Source: an uncultured bacterium (GTDB lineage Bacteria; Zixibacteria; MSB-5A5; CAIYYT01). From it: a stretch of DNA of 64,000 nt. Shown here piece after piece: positions 10,244 through 21,808 of the stretch; within the stretch, counting starts at the first letter, position 1, and every line of letters starts with the position of its first letter. The stretch covers positions 480,001-544,000 of the forward strand of contig CAVSCK010000004.1 of NCBI GenBank assembly GCA_963726455.1. Direction: 5' to 3'. Below the pieces are notes generated by a model. It made no database searches. It saw only the letters and a program-made list of their open reading frames with translations, and was not told the origin of the DNA. The position numbers were made by a program, and so were the translations under genes.

Positions 10244-12840
10244 GCGATTTCAATATAACAGTCAACGGCCAGCAGGTTCCGGTTGTCAAAGGCCAGACGG
10301 TGCTTCAGGCATCTTTGGCTGCGGGCATCGATATTCCGGTGTTCTGCTGGCACCCGCAACTTGTTCCTGTAGGCGCCTGTCGTATCTGCCTCGTGGAAAT
10401 TGAGAAGTTCCCCAAGCTGCAGGTTGCTTGTGCTACTGTTGCCACGGACGGCATGATTGTTCACACGGAATCGCCCAAGACCATCAAAGCCCGCCAGAGT
10501 GTCCTTGAGTTCATTCTCGCTCATCATCCGCTCGATTGCCCAACCTGCGACAAGGGCGGCGAATGCGATCTGCAAAACATCACGTTCAAGTACGGCCTCG
10601 ATTACAGCCGGCAGCTCGAGCCGAAACACCGCTTTATCGTCGATCCAACATCAACCTTCGACGACTGGCGCATTGGTCCCGAGGTGATTCGCAATCAGAA
10701 TCGCTGCATCCATTGTTTTCGTTGCACGCGCATCGTAAATGAAATCGCCTTTGAGGATGACCTCGGCGCCTATCAGCGCGGATATCACACCGAAATTCTG
10801 CCGCCGCCCGGACGCGAAATTCACAATCTGTATTCTGGAAACGTCGTTGAATACTGTCCTGTCGGCGCTCTGACTAATACCGATTGGCGTTACAAAGTGC
10901 GCGTCTGGCTCACCAAGCAGGCAAACACGATTTGTCCGCACTGCCCGGACGGCTGCAACATGAAGCTCTGGACGTTCCACAACAAGTTGTTCCGGGCAAC
11001 CTCTAATGCCAACGAAGACATTGACTGCGGCTTCCTATGCGATATCGGTCGCTATGGTTATCAGTATGTTCAGAGTCCTGACCGCATCAAGCGGCCCATG
11101 GTCCGACGCAAGGGTGAACTGGTCGAGACCTCATGGGATGAAGCGCTTGGCTTGATCAAACGCCAGACTGATGACATTAAATCCAAGTTGTCAGGTAGTG
11201 GCTTCTTCGGCTTTATCGGCGACATCAGGACTGACGAAGAGGTCTATTCCTTCCAGCGATTCCTGCGCCGCGTTATCGGCTCGAACAACATCGATCACCG
11301 CTTCCATCGCCGCCGTCGGCTTTCGCCTGGTGAGGAAGTCGCCATGCGCGGTATTGGCTCGGATGACCTTGAATTCAAAGATATCGAAAACGCCGATGTC
11401 ATCGTGATTTTCGGATCCGACTTGCACTCCGAGGACCCGATTACTTCGCTGCGTGTCAAGCGGGCTGTCTTCCGTCACAATGCCAAAGTGGTTTTGCTCA
11501 ACCCGTTGCCGACGCCACTGAACAAACGCACGGCCACGCTGGAAGTAATCTATAAACCGGGCACCGGCGCCGTGCTTCTGCATGGCATTATTGACACGAT
11601 TATGAATCTGCCACAGTTCGATCCGGCAGCGGTCGGTCTTGATGCCAACGAACTGGCGGAATTTCGTAAAGCTAATGCTTCATATACGGCGGCTCAGACG
11701 GCGAATATCTGCAGCGTCGAACTTGAAACCTTGTCTCAGGCCGCCCAGTTCATTTTTGGCGCACGGAATCTCGTCATTATTGGCGGAAGCTACGTCGAAC
11801 GCGACGCCTTCCGCGACTCGCTGCATTTGGCAGTTGCGAATCTGCAACGGTTCTGCAAATCAGCGAAGAAACTATTTCTGCCGCCAGACAGCAATACGAT
11901 GGGCGCGTCCTTCTTCGGCGCCGAGCCAGGATTCCTCCCGGGCAAGCAGCCCTGGTCGAAAAAATCCTTCTACGAAGATCTCTGGCACGGCCCGATACCC
12001 GAAATGGCGGGGAAGGACACAATCGGCATTCTTGAAGCTATCGACGAAGATGAAATCGAATGCGGCTTCGTGTTCAATGCCGATCCGGTGCGCTTGTTCC
12101 CGGACGGCAATTATGTCCGGTCGGTTATGGAGAAGCTGAAGTTGCTCGTGGTGGTGGACAGCTTCATGACTGAGACCGCGCGTCTTGCCGATGTCATTCT
12201 GCCGATGTCGACTTTCGCCGAGACTGAGGGTACGCGCGTCAATTGGGAATATCGTCTGCAATACTCACAACGGGCAATTCCTCCGTTGTATGAATCAAAA
12301 CCCGGCTGCGAAATCGTTGAGCTGTTGGCAGACAAACTTGGTGTTAAGTTCAGCCAACCGGGGCCGTCCGATGTCTTCAAAGAAATGGCGCGCTGTCTGC
12401 CCGCAAACGCGCCGACAACATTCGCTGCTTTCGGCAAGGCCGGATACCTGATTCGTTCTGCCGATGCGAAGAAACCCGCGAAACTTGCCGAGATCAAATT
12501 CACGCCGCCGGCCATCGATACCGAATATCGGTTTGCGTTATTGATCGGTAATGCTGATCATCACCGCGGCATGTTGACGGAGCGTAATGAATCCCTGCTA
12601 AAATTCACCGGTGAGCCGTTCGTCGGCATCAGTGAAGCCGACGCCACTGAACTTGCGGTATCTGACGGTGACCTCGTCAAAGTCGAATCCAAGAACGGCA
12701 AGGTCATCGGTAAGGCACAGATTCTTTCCGGTTTCCCGAAACGGCGCGTGTTGTTGCCGGAGAACTTCAGCGAAATGACCACGAATTCCTTGATGAGTCG
12801 CCAGGACAAGATCGATTTCGTCAAGTTGGTGAAGATGTAG
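10240..12840 (+). CDS. nuoG: NADH-quinone oxidoreductase subunit G
   Basis: GACRIC, HPLDCPTCDKGGECDLQ, CIHCFRC, CPVGAL, CPHCPDGC; molybdopterin-oxidoreductase-like C-terminus. Confidence 0.95.
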   Translation: MSDFNITVNGQQVPVVKGQTVLQASLAAGIDIPVFCWHPQLVPVGACRICLVEIEKFPKLQVACATVATDGMIVHTESPKTIKARQSVLEFILAHHPLDCPTCDKGGECDLQNITFKYGLDYSRQLEPKHRFIVDPTSTFDDWRIGPEVIRNQNRCIHCFRCTRIVNEIAFEDDLGAYQRGYHTEILPPPGREIHNLYSGNVVEYCPVGALTNTDWRYKVRVWLTKQANTICPHCPDGCNMKLWTFHNKLFRATSNANEDIDCGFLCDIGRYGYQYVQSPDRIKRPMVRRKGELVETSWDEALGLIKRQTDDIKSKLSGSGFFGFIGDIRTDEEVYSFQRFLRRVIGSNNIDHRFHRRRRLSPGEEVAMRGIGSDDLEFKDIENADVIVIFGSDLHSEDPITSLRVKRAVFRHNAKVVLLNPLPTPLNKRTATLEVIYKPGTGAVLLHGIIDTIMNLPQFDPAAVGLDANELAEFRKANASYTAAQTANICSVELETLSQAAQFIFGARNLVIIGGSYVERDAFRDSLHLAVANLQRFCKSAKKLFLPPDSNTMGASFFGAEPGFLPGKQPWSKKSFYEDLWHGPIPEMAGKDTIGILEAIDEDEIECGFVFNADPVRLFPDGNYVRSVMEKLKLLVVVDSFMTETARLADVILPMSTFAETEGTRVNWEYRLQYSQRAIPPLYESKPGCEIVELLADKLGVKFSQPGPSDVFKEMARCLPANAPTTFAAFGKAGYLIRSADAKKPAKLAEIKFTPPAIDTEYRFALLIGNADHHRGMLTERNESLLKFTGEPFVGISEADATELAVSDGDLVKVESKNGKVIGKAQILSGFPKRRVLLPENFSEMTTNSLMSRQDKIDFVKLVKM

Positions 12841-12841
12841 G

Positions 12842-13825
12842 ATGCTGCTATTCATCCTTATCACGGTTATCAAGTCCCTGGTCATTCTGACCGTGCTGCT
12901 CTTGACCTGTGCCTGGATGACTTATGCCGAACGCAAATTTGTCGCGTTCATGCAATCGCGCATCGGGCCGAATGTCGCCGGTTGGTATGGATTGCTCCAG
13001 CCGGTAGCCGATTTGGTCAAGCTCTTGCTTAAGGAAGAAGTGCTTCCCGGTGGCGCCAACCGGACTCTGTATTTGTTGGCTCCGCTTATGGTGTTTATCC
13101 CGGCGATGTTGCCGATCGCGATGATACCAATCGGTAAGGATATAACGCTTTTCGGTCACACGATCCCGCTGGTAATATCTAATTTCAATCTTGGCCTGTT
13201 GTTCGTATTCGCCATCACTTCGCTCGGAGTCTACGGGATTGTAATGGCCGGCTGGTCGGCCAACAGCAAGTATTCTTTGCTGGGTGGTCTGAGATCCTCC
13301 GCGCAGATGGTTTCCTACGAGATCGGGCTCGGCATGTCCGTAATCGGTCTGCTCGTGCTGGCGGGAACCTTGAATCTTGTCGAAATTGTAAACCAGCAAA
13401 GCGTCTGGTACAAATGGTATATCTTCCGTCAGCCGCTTGGCTTCCTGCTCTATTTTATCTGCGCGATCGCGGAGACCAATCGTTCGCCGTTTGACCTGCC
13501 GGAAGCGGAATCCGAATTAGTTGCCGGTTACTTTACCGAATATTCGTCCATGCGTTTCGGCCTGTTCTTCGTCGGCGAGTATGCCAACATGGTTACCGTC
13601 GCCGCGGTCGCTACGACATTATTCCTCGGCGGCTGGCAGGGTCCATTCTTGCCGCCGGTGTTGTGGTTTATTATCAAGGCCGCCGCGTTGCTCTTTTGCT
13701 ACATCTGGATTCGCGCCAGTTTGCCGCGATTCCGTTACGACCAGTTGATGAAATTCGGCTGGTATGTCGTCATCCCGCTGGCACTCGCCAATATTCTGGT
13801 GACGGCACTGATAGCGTTGCTCTAG
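12842..13825 (+). CDS. nuoH: NADH-quinone oxidoreductase subunit H
   Basis: ERK..RIGPN, GLLQPVAD, AETNRSPFDLPEAESELV, PRFRYDQLM. Confidence 0.97.
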   Translation: MLLFILITVIKSLVILTVLLLTCAWMTYAERKFVAFMQSRIGPNVAGWYGLLQPVADLVKLLLKEEVLPGGANRTLYLLAPLMVFIPAMLPIAMIPIGKDITLFGHTIPLVISNFNLGLLFVFAITSLGVYGIVMAGWSANSKYSLLGGLRSSAQMVSYEIGLGMSVIGLLVLAGTLNLVEIVNQQSVWYKWYIFRQPLGFLLYFICAIAETNRSPFDLPEAESELVAGYFTEYSSMRFGLFFVGEYANMVTVAAVATTLFLGGWQGPFLPPVLWFIIKAAALLFCYIWIRASLPRFRYDQLMKFGWYVVIPLALANILVTALIALL

Positions 13826-13835
13826 GAGGTTAGAG

Positions 13836-14345
13836 TTGTTCAGGATACTCAAACAGATCGTCATCGCCATCCCGATCGGGATGTACACCGTGCTGAAACA
13901 GATGTTTCGCAAGCCGGTGACGATTCAATATCCGTTCGAGAAAGAGCCGATGATGCCGCGCTATCGCGGACTGCACTTTCTCGAACGCTACGAGGACGGC
14001 TCCGAGCGCTGCGTCTGCTGTGGCCTCTGTGCGGCTTCGTGCCCGGCGGATGCGATATATATGGAGCCGGGCGAGACCGAGAGGGGAGAGCGCTACGCGA
14101 AAGTCTATGAGATCAACGAACTCCGCTGCATCTTCTGCGGCTTCTGCGAAGAGGCCTGTCCGGAGGAAGCGATCTTCCTCGGCAAGGAATATGAATTTGC
14201 CGACTCGCGGCGTGACAAATTCATCTATACGAAAGAGGATTTGCTGGTGAAGTGGCCGCGCGAAAAGCCGTCTGAGGTCAAATTCATCCGCAAGGACCGG
14301 CGCGTCAATTGGGATGACGTGCCGGAAATCAAGGAGCAGGAATAA
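13836..14345 (+). CDS. nuoI: NADH-quinone oxidoreductase subunit I
   Basis: TIQYP and two CxxCxxCxxxCP motifs. Confidence 0.96.
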   Translation: MFRILKQIVIAIPIGMYTVLKQMFRKPVTIQYPFEKEPMMPRYRGLHFLERYEDGSERCVCCGLCAASCPADAIYMEPGETERGERYAKVYEINELRCIFCGFCEEACPEEAIFLGKEYEFADSRRDKFIYTKEDLLVKWPREKPSEVKFIRKDRRVNWDDVPEIKEQE

Positions 14346-14349
14346 GCTC

Positions 14350-14850
14350 ATGGGTCTGGCAATCTTTTTCATCACTGCCGCCGTCGCAATCGTCGCCGCG
14401 GTCTTGGTGATTGTGCAACGCAACCCGATTTCCTCAGTGATGTATCTGGTAGTGACCTTCGTGGCTCAGGCCGTCCTGTTCATTCAACTTCAGGCCGCCT
14501 TCATCGCCATGCTCCAGGTTATCGTATACGCCGGAGCGATTATGGTGCTATTCCTGTTTGTGATCATGTTGCTCAATTTGCGCCGCGAGGAATTCGGCAA
14601 AGATGTCAAACTGAAATTCAAACCCGTGGCGATTGCTTTCGCCGTGGTGTTGTTGATAGAAACGATAGTCGTGATCAACGCTTCACTGATGCCCGCGCAG
14701 CCCGCCGCCGAATTGTCGGCAACCTTCGGTTCCGTTCAGGAAGTCGGCAAAGAGTTGTTCACGACCTATCTATATCCTTTTGAACTGACCTCAGTGTTGC
14801 TGATCGTCGCGATTCTCGGCGCTGTGGTCATGGCGAAGAAGAAGCTGTAG
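14350..14850 (+). CDS. nuoJ: NADH-quinone oxidoreductase subunit J
   Basis: QVIVYAGAIMVLFLFVIMLL, YPFELTS. Confidence 0.95.
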   Translation: MGLAIFFITAAVAIVAAVLVIVQRNPISSVMYLVVTFVAQAVLFIQLQAAFIAMLQVIVYAGAIMVLFLFVIMLLNLRREEFGKDVKLKFKPVAIAFAVVLLIETIVVINASLMPAQPAAELSATFGSVQEVGKELFTTYLYPFELTSVLLIVAILGAVVMAKKKL

Positions 14851-14853
14851 ACT

Positions 14854-15156
14854 ATGGTTCCGCTGGAATATTATCTGATTGTCGCCGGAATGATCTTCAC
14901 GATCGGTATGATCGGCGTGATCATTGCCCGCAACATCATAATCATTTTCATGTCGGTCGAGTTGATGCTCAACGCCGCCAATCTGGCGATGATCGCCTTC
15001 TCGCGTAATCTCGGCTCGATGGGCGGACACGTTATGGTCTTTATGATTATGACGGTCGCTGCGGCGGAAGCTGCGGTCGGCCTGTCGATTATTATCGCGC
15101 TGTTTCGCAATCGCGACAGCGCCAACATTGATGAAGTCAACCTGTTGAAGTGGTAG
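14854..15156 (+). CDS. nuoK: NADH-quinone oxidoreductase subunit K
   Basis: ELMLNAAN, AAAEAAVGL. Confidence 0.96.
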   Translation: MVPLEYYLIVAGMIFTIGMIGVIIARNIIIIFMSVELMLNAANLAMIAFSRNLGSMGGHVMVFMIMTVAAAEAAVGLSIIIALFRNRDSANIDEVNLLKW

Positions 15157-15169
15157 CGCCGAAGGTACG

Positions 15170-17102
15170 ATGGAATTGATCTGGCTCATACCGCTTGTCC
15201 CGCTCGCCGGCTTCATACTCAACGGCCTGTTCGGCAAGAATTTCAGCAAGCCGGTCATCAATACTATTGCCTGCGGCTCCGTAGCGGTTTCGTTCCTGCT
15301 TTCCCTGAATGCTTTCTTCGGCCTCCTGCGTCTTGATCCCGAGGCCCGAAGTTTCGAATACATTTTGTTCTCGTGGATTCCTTCGGGCAACTTCAGTGCC
15401 GACATTGGATTTTTGCTCGATCCGCTATCGGCCGTCATGATTCTTGTCGTCACCGGCGTCGGTCTGTTGATCCACATCTATTCCATCGGCTACATGGCCC
15501 ACGACGAGGGCTATCCGCGCTTCTTCACTTACATGAATTTGTTCATGGCCTCGATGTTGACGCTTGTCCTTGCCAACAACTTCGTGCTCATGTACGTCGG
15601 CTGGGAAGGCGTCGGCCTCTGCTCATACTTGCTGATTGGTTTCTGGTACGAAAAGAAGTCCGCTACCGATGCCGGCAAAAAAGCGTTCATCGTCAACCGC
15701 ATCGGCGATTTCGGATTTGCTCTCGGAATAATGCTATTGTTCTGGACGCTCGGTTCGGTGCATTTTTCGACCGTTTTCAATTTGGCTCCCCAACAACTTG
15801 CTTACGGTGGGGGAGTGGTCACGGCGGCGACGCTGCTGTTATTCCTCGGCGCTACCGGTAAGTCTGCTCAGGTGCCGTTGTACGTCTGGCTTCCTGACGC
15901 TATGGAGGGCCCGACCCCGGTCTCCGCATTGATTCACGCCGCGACGATGGTCACTGCCGGTGTCTACATGGTCGCGCGCTGTAATGTGCTGTACGTGATG
16001 GCTCCGACGACGTTACTTGTGGTCGCCATTGTCGGCATCTTCACCGCCTTCTACGCCGCGACAATCGGTCTCTTCCAGAACGACATTAAGCGTGTGCTTG
16101 CCTATTCCACCATCAGTCAGCTTGGTTATATGTTCGCTGCCTGCGGTGTCGCCGCTTTCGGCGCGGGTATCTTCCATCTTATGACGCATGCTTTCTTCAA
16201 AGCTTTGTTGTTCCTGGGCGCCGGTTCGGTGATTCACGCCATGAGTGGCGAGCAGGACATGCGTCGCATGGGTGGTCTCAAAGGCAAACTGCCCGCGACC
16301 TACACGACCATGATAATTGCGACGCTGGCAATTGCCGGCATCCCGTTGTTCTCCGGCTTCTTCTCAAAAGACGAAATTCTCTGGCAGGCGTTTTCCTCGC
16401 CGTTCGGCTCTCCGATTCTCTGGGTTGTCGGCCTGATCACCGCCGGTCTGACTGCGTTCTACATGTTCCGCCTGATTTACATGACTTTCTTCGGTGAGCG
16501 CCGCTACGACGACCACACGGCCGCGCATCTGCACGAATCACCTCGCGTTATGACCGTGCCGTTGATGATTCTCGGCGTTCCTGTCGCTGGTCGGCGGCTA
16601 CGTCGGCCTTCCCAAGGCACTCCTTGGCGGCGCTTGGTTCGAGCATTTCTTGCATCCGGTATTTGCCAGGGGCGCCGAAATCGGCAAGCTCGCGGAAGCG
16701 GCAGGGGAGTCGCATGCGACTGAATACATCCTCATGATTGTCGCTGTCGCATTGGTGGTCGTCATGATTCTGACTGCCAAGCGTTTCTATCTTGATCGCG
16801 CCAAACAGTCAGAGCAATTTGAGCAGGGCTTCGGCGGGCTCTATAAGCTGATTTATCACAAGTATTACATAGATGAACTGTACGACAAGGCCATCGTCAA
16901 TCCCATGGTCAAAGGATCAAATTTCCTCTGGCAGAAATTCGATGTCCTGATTATCGACGGCGCGGTGAACGGCGCCGCCTGGCTGATCGGCCAATGGGCG
17001 ATGGGCTTCCGCAAACTGCAAACCGGCATGGTGCGCAGTTACGCCTTCGTCTTTCTCGGCGGCGCGATCTTTGTGATCGGCTATTTGATTTTGAGCAGGT
17101 AG
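15170..17102 (+). CDS. nuoL: NADH-quinone oxidoreductase subunit L (apparent frameshift near 16580)
   Basis: [35 protein letters not shown]; the C-terminus (YIDELY, QTG..RSY) lies in ORF 16650..17102. Confidence 0.95.
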
Positions 17103-17104
17103 CA

Positions 17105-18662
17105 ATGAACGAACAGATATTGACCATCGTAACTTTCCTTCCCACAGTGGGCGCGATCATATTGCTCCTGCTGCGCGAACAGATGAAGCAGGCGATCAAA
17201 GTGACCGCGCTGGCAACATCGGTGGTCACGTTCCTGTTCTCCACCTATCTTTATTTCAATTTCCAACCCGGCACTGCCGCCATGCAATTCGTCGTTCACA
17301 AACCCTGGATTCCGGCGCTCGGTGTCACCTATCACCTGGGCATTGACGGCATCAGTCTGTTTCTCGTTCTCTTGACCACTCTGCTCACTGCGATCTCGAT
17401 ACTATCCGCCTGGACGGCCGTGGCCGACCGCGTCAAGGGATTCATGGTCTCGCTACTGATCCTGGAAACCGGCATGCTCGGCGTCTTTGTGTCGCTCGAT
17501 CTGTTCCTGTTCTATGTCTTCTGGGAAGTCATGCTGGTTCCGATGTACTTCCTCATCGGCATCTGGGGCGGCATCAACCGCATCTATGCAGCCATCAAAT
17601 TTGTCTTGTTCACGATGTTCGGCTCGCTCCTGATGTTGGTCGCCATCGTGGCGCTATACATTATTCGTTATAAGGCAACCGGAGTTTGGTCGTTCGACCT
17701 CTTATCATATTATGATTTGCGAATCCCACTCGGCGCTCAGAATTGGCTTTTCATCGCCTTTGCGCTGGCGTTCCTGATCAAAGTCCCGATGTTCCCGTTC
17801 CATACCTGGTTACCGGATGCCCACGTACAAGCGCCGACCGCCGGCTCCGTGATTCTGGCTGGGGTGCTGCTGAAAATGGGCACCTATGGTTTCCTGCGTT
17901 ATTGCATACCGATGTTCCCAAATGCCTTTGACGCCTTCATGCCGCTGTTGGCGGTGCTGGCACTGATCGGCATCATTTACGGTGCGCTCGTGGCGATGGT
18001 GCAGAAGGATGTCAAATCGTTGGTCGCATTTTCATCCGTCGCCCACATGGGATTTGTCATGATCGGAATGTTCGCCCTCAACATGCAGGGTGTGCAGGGT
18101 TCAATTCTGCAAATGCTCAATCATGGCATCTCGACCGGAGCCCTGTTCCTGGTCGTCGGCATGATCTACGAACGACGGCACACGCGCTTGATCGATGATT
18201 TCGGAGGCATCTTCAAGGTCATGCCTGTCTTTACGACATTCTTCATGATCATAACTTTGTCATCAATCGGTTTGCCCGGCACCAACGGTTTCGTCGGCGA
18301 GTTCCTGATTCTGCTCGGCACTTTCGGCATGAACAAGGTCTACGCCGTGATCGCCACCTCCGGCATCATCCTGGCCGCTGTCTACATGCTCTGGATGTTC
18401 CAGCGTGTGATGTTCGGCAAGTGCGAAAAACCGGAGAATCTCAAGCTGACCGATATCAATCTCCGCGAAAAACTCGTACTGATCCCGCTTGATCGTCCTG
18501 ATCTTCTGGATCGGACTCTACCCGAAACCATTCCTCGACGCGATGGCGCCTTCGGTGCAGAATCTGATCGAGCAGACCAATGGGAAACGTATGCACCTTT
18601 CGCAGAGTTTCACGCCTGACAGAGAATGGGTTATTGCCACTGCGACGGCGGTGGAGGAGTAA
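17105..18662 (+). CDS. nuoM: NADH-quinone oxidoreductase subunit M (apparent frameshift near 18490)
   Basis: [25 protein letters not shown]. The shifted frame gives IFWIGLYP...TAVEE* ending at TAA 18660-18662. Confidence 0.95.
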
Positions 18663-18667
18663 ACGAC

Positions 18668-18892
18668 ATGGCCAATGTAAAGATCTACACCAAGGTTGGC
18701 TGTCCTTACTGCGCCAAAGCTAAAGAGGATTTCAAAAAGCGTGGCGTCGACTTTGAAGAAATCGACGTCCATAATGTTCCCGGTGCCGCCGAGGAGGCGG
18801 CGAAATACGCCAAAGGCCAGAAAGTCGTGCCGGTGATTGTCGAGAATGGCAAGGTCACCCTCGGCTACGGCGGCGGGTCATGAGGATTCTAA
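18668..18892 (+). CDS. Glutaredoxin-like (CPYC) protein with predicted C-terminal selenocysteine (UXX-stop type): ...GYGGGS-U-G-F*
   Basis: GGAGGAG RBS; TKVGCPYC; VVPVI cis-Pro motif; TGA at 18881 followed by GGA TTC TAA and a hairpin. Confidence 0.85.
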
Positions 18893-18918
18893 CCGACGGC
18901 AGTTTGTCGTCTTAGGAT
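18884..18918 (+). promoter_or_regulatory. Putative bacterial SECIS element
   Basis: ATTCTAA-CC-GACGGCA-GTT-TGTCGTC-TTAGGAT: a bulged stem-loop immediately 3' of the TGA with G at the start of the apical loop. Confidence 0.7.
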
Positions 18919-18939
18919 GAAACATTAAAGAGATACTTG

Positions 18940-20395
18940 ATGAATATTCCGAACGTTGATTTCGCCCTGTTGTCGCCCTCGTTGATAGTCTGTATCACCG
19001 GGTTGCTGACGATGGTCATGGTGCCGTTCCTGAGTGAACGGCGGCAGGTTATCGTCGCGCATGTCAGTTGGCTGGGTTTGGCTATCGCTCTGGTCGCCGT
19101 GTCACAACAGATCGGCAAGAACGCCACGACCTTCGACGGCATGTTCCTCGGCGATGACTTCAGCCAGTTCTTCAACGGCATCTTTATTGTCGCCTCGATG
19201 CTGACGATTTTCACGTCGATCGATTACCTTCGCCGCAAGGAGAACGAGCACGGGGAATACTATCCGCTTATTCTCTTCGCCACCTACGGCATGATGGTCA
19301 TGGCATCGACTGCGAATTTGCTCGTGATCTTCCTTGGCCTCGAAATTATGTCGGTGGCACTGTACGTTCTCGCCGGTTTTGCGCGCACCGAATTGAAATC
19401 AACTGAGGCCGCTGTCAAGTATTTCTTGCTGGGCGCCTTTGCGACCGGATTCACCGTTTTCGGTATTGCCTTCATCTACGGCGCGACCGGTACTTTCGAC
19501 ATCGCGCGCATCGCAGGTGTTGCCTTCGGTTCGTCCAGTGTCGATACCTTCTTGACTGATCGGTGGCGCCTTGTTGGCGATTGGGTTTGGCTTCAAAGTC
19601 TCCGCCGTGCCGTTCCACATGTGGACTCCGGACGCCTACGAAGGTGCTCCCTCACCGATAACCGGCTTTATGTCCGCCGGTCCCAAGGCCGCCGCCTTTG
19701 CCGCCATGTTACGCATCTTCATCGTCGGATATGCCGGCGTCGGCGCTCATATTCAGACGTTGTTCTGGATTCTGTCGGTCGCCACCATGACGGTTGGCAA
19801 CATCATGGCGCTTCGGCAAAGCAACATCAAACGCATGCTCGCTTTTTCGTCAATCGCGCATGCCGGCTACATTCTCATCGCCCTGGCAGTCAGTAGCAGC
19901 GAATCTTCGTCTGCCGCTGCATTATACTTGTTGGCGTACGCGCTGACTAATCTCGGCGCCTTTATGGTCATTGCTCTGGTAGATTCCGCCTCGCAGCACG
20001 ATGAGTTCACGACAATTGATTCTTTCACCGGCCTCGCACGTAAACGTCCTTATTTGGGACTGGCGCTCACGCTGTTTCTGTTGTCGCTGGCCGGATTCCC
20101 GCCGACTGCGGGTTTTATGGGTAAGTTCGTGCTCTTCAAAGCCGCTGTTGATCAGGGCTATTACATGCTGGTTGTCATCGCCGTGATGAACAGCTTGGTA
20201 TCGGTGTTCTACTACTTGCGCGTTGTCGTGAAGATGTTCATGAGCGATGCGGAAGAGCAGGCCGTTGAGGTACCCGCCGTTCCCGCGTTCCTTATGGTGG
20301 CACTGGTATTTGCTGTGGCGGCTGTATTCCTGATCGGTGTCTATCCGCAGGCCTGGTTCAATTTCGCCGGGCTGTCAATCCTCGGCGGCAACTGA
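18940..20395 (+). CDS. nuoN: NADH-quinone oxidoreductase subunit N (apparent frameshift near 19556)
   Basis: [44 protein letters not shown]. Confidence 0.95.
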
Positions 20396-21632
20396 CGCGC
20401 CGCCTCCCATATTCATTCCCGCAATCCATCCCGTCGTCCACGCGCTCTGAAAATTGTATCCGCCGGTGATTCCGTCGATATCGAGTATCTCTCCAGCCAA
20501 ATACAATCCCGGACAGACCCGGCTCTCCATCGTGCCGAAAATCAACTTCTTTCAGTTTCACTCCGCCGCAAGTTACGAATTCCTCTTTGAATTCGCCCTT
20601 GCCGATAATCGCGAATTCTCCTTGGCACAACTCTGACGAGATCCGTGCCAGTCCGTCCCTGGTAATATGCGACCACGTTACCGAATCATCGACTCCCGCC
20701 GTGCTCACAATGCGTTCCCAGAATCTGCGTGGCAGGGGCAGGAGACTGCTTGTCATCACAAACTTCGTTGGATTCTCTTCGCGGTACGCTCGCATGGCAG
20801 CAAGCACCGACTCTGCATCATGGTCGGCGATCCAATTGATTTGCAGTTTGGCTTGATACCGACTCTCGAAGAGTTTGCGCGCGCCCCAGGCCGATAATTT
20901 CAGTACCGCCGGGCCGCTCAATCCCCAGTGTGTAATCAGAACCGGACCCGCTTGCTCGAAACATTTCTTGCCGTCAATTGATAGCATCAACTTTGAGTTG
21001 GGAAAACTCAATCCCTGCAACTGATCGAGCCGTGCATCCTTAATCTTGAAGGTGAACAACGACGGGACAGGGGGGATGATCGAATGACGAAGCGACGCCG
21101 CGATCCTGTAACCTTGCTCGCTCGATCCCGTGGCCAGCATCACGCAATCAAAAAGTTCAGTTGCACCATCTTTGAGATGAATCGCAAATCGCCGTCCGAT
21201 GGAGTCGTCCGAAATCTTAACGTCAACTACGCGCGCGCCAAGCCGTTCTTGCACTCGCGCTTCGCGGGCACTCTTTCTCAGACATTCGATGATTGTCGCT
21301 GACAGATCGCTGACAGGGAACATGCGGCCGTCCTCTTCTGCTTTGAGTTCGACGCCGTACTTATTAAACCAGTTCACCGTATCGCGTGGCTGAAACTTGC
21401 GAAACGCCCCCAATAATTCCTTGCTACCGCGCGGATATCCTTCCACCATGAGTTCAGGATCGAAACAATGATGCGTGACATTGCATCTGCCACCGCCGGA
21501 GATTCCCACCTTATATAGCGGTTGATGCGTCCCCTCGAAAATCGTCACCTCTACGTTGTCGTAATGTTCCGCACAGGCAATAGCGCCGAAGTATCCCGCA
21601 GCGCCACCCCCGACCACAGCCACTCGTACCAC
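20375..21632 (-). CDS. HI0933/BaiN-family NAD(P)/FAD-dependent flavoprotein (apparent frameshift near 20535)
   Basis: [30 protein letters not shown]. The shifted frame gives [22 protein letters not shown]. Confidence 0.9.
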
Positions 21633-21808
21633 TGCAGGTTTTTCATGCCTCGGGAAGTCATGCCTGTCAATGTAGGGAAGTTGATGCCATTTCGCCCGTG
21701 TTTTGCATCAGCGTCGGGAAACCCGCATCGAAGACTCTCACGTTCGGCTGCCGTCGCAAGATTAAATAAAGATCGAGTGGGTGGCCTTTCCTGCCAGTTA
21801 TAGTGTCT

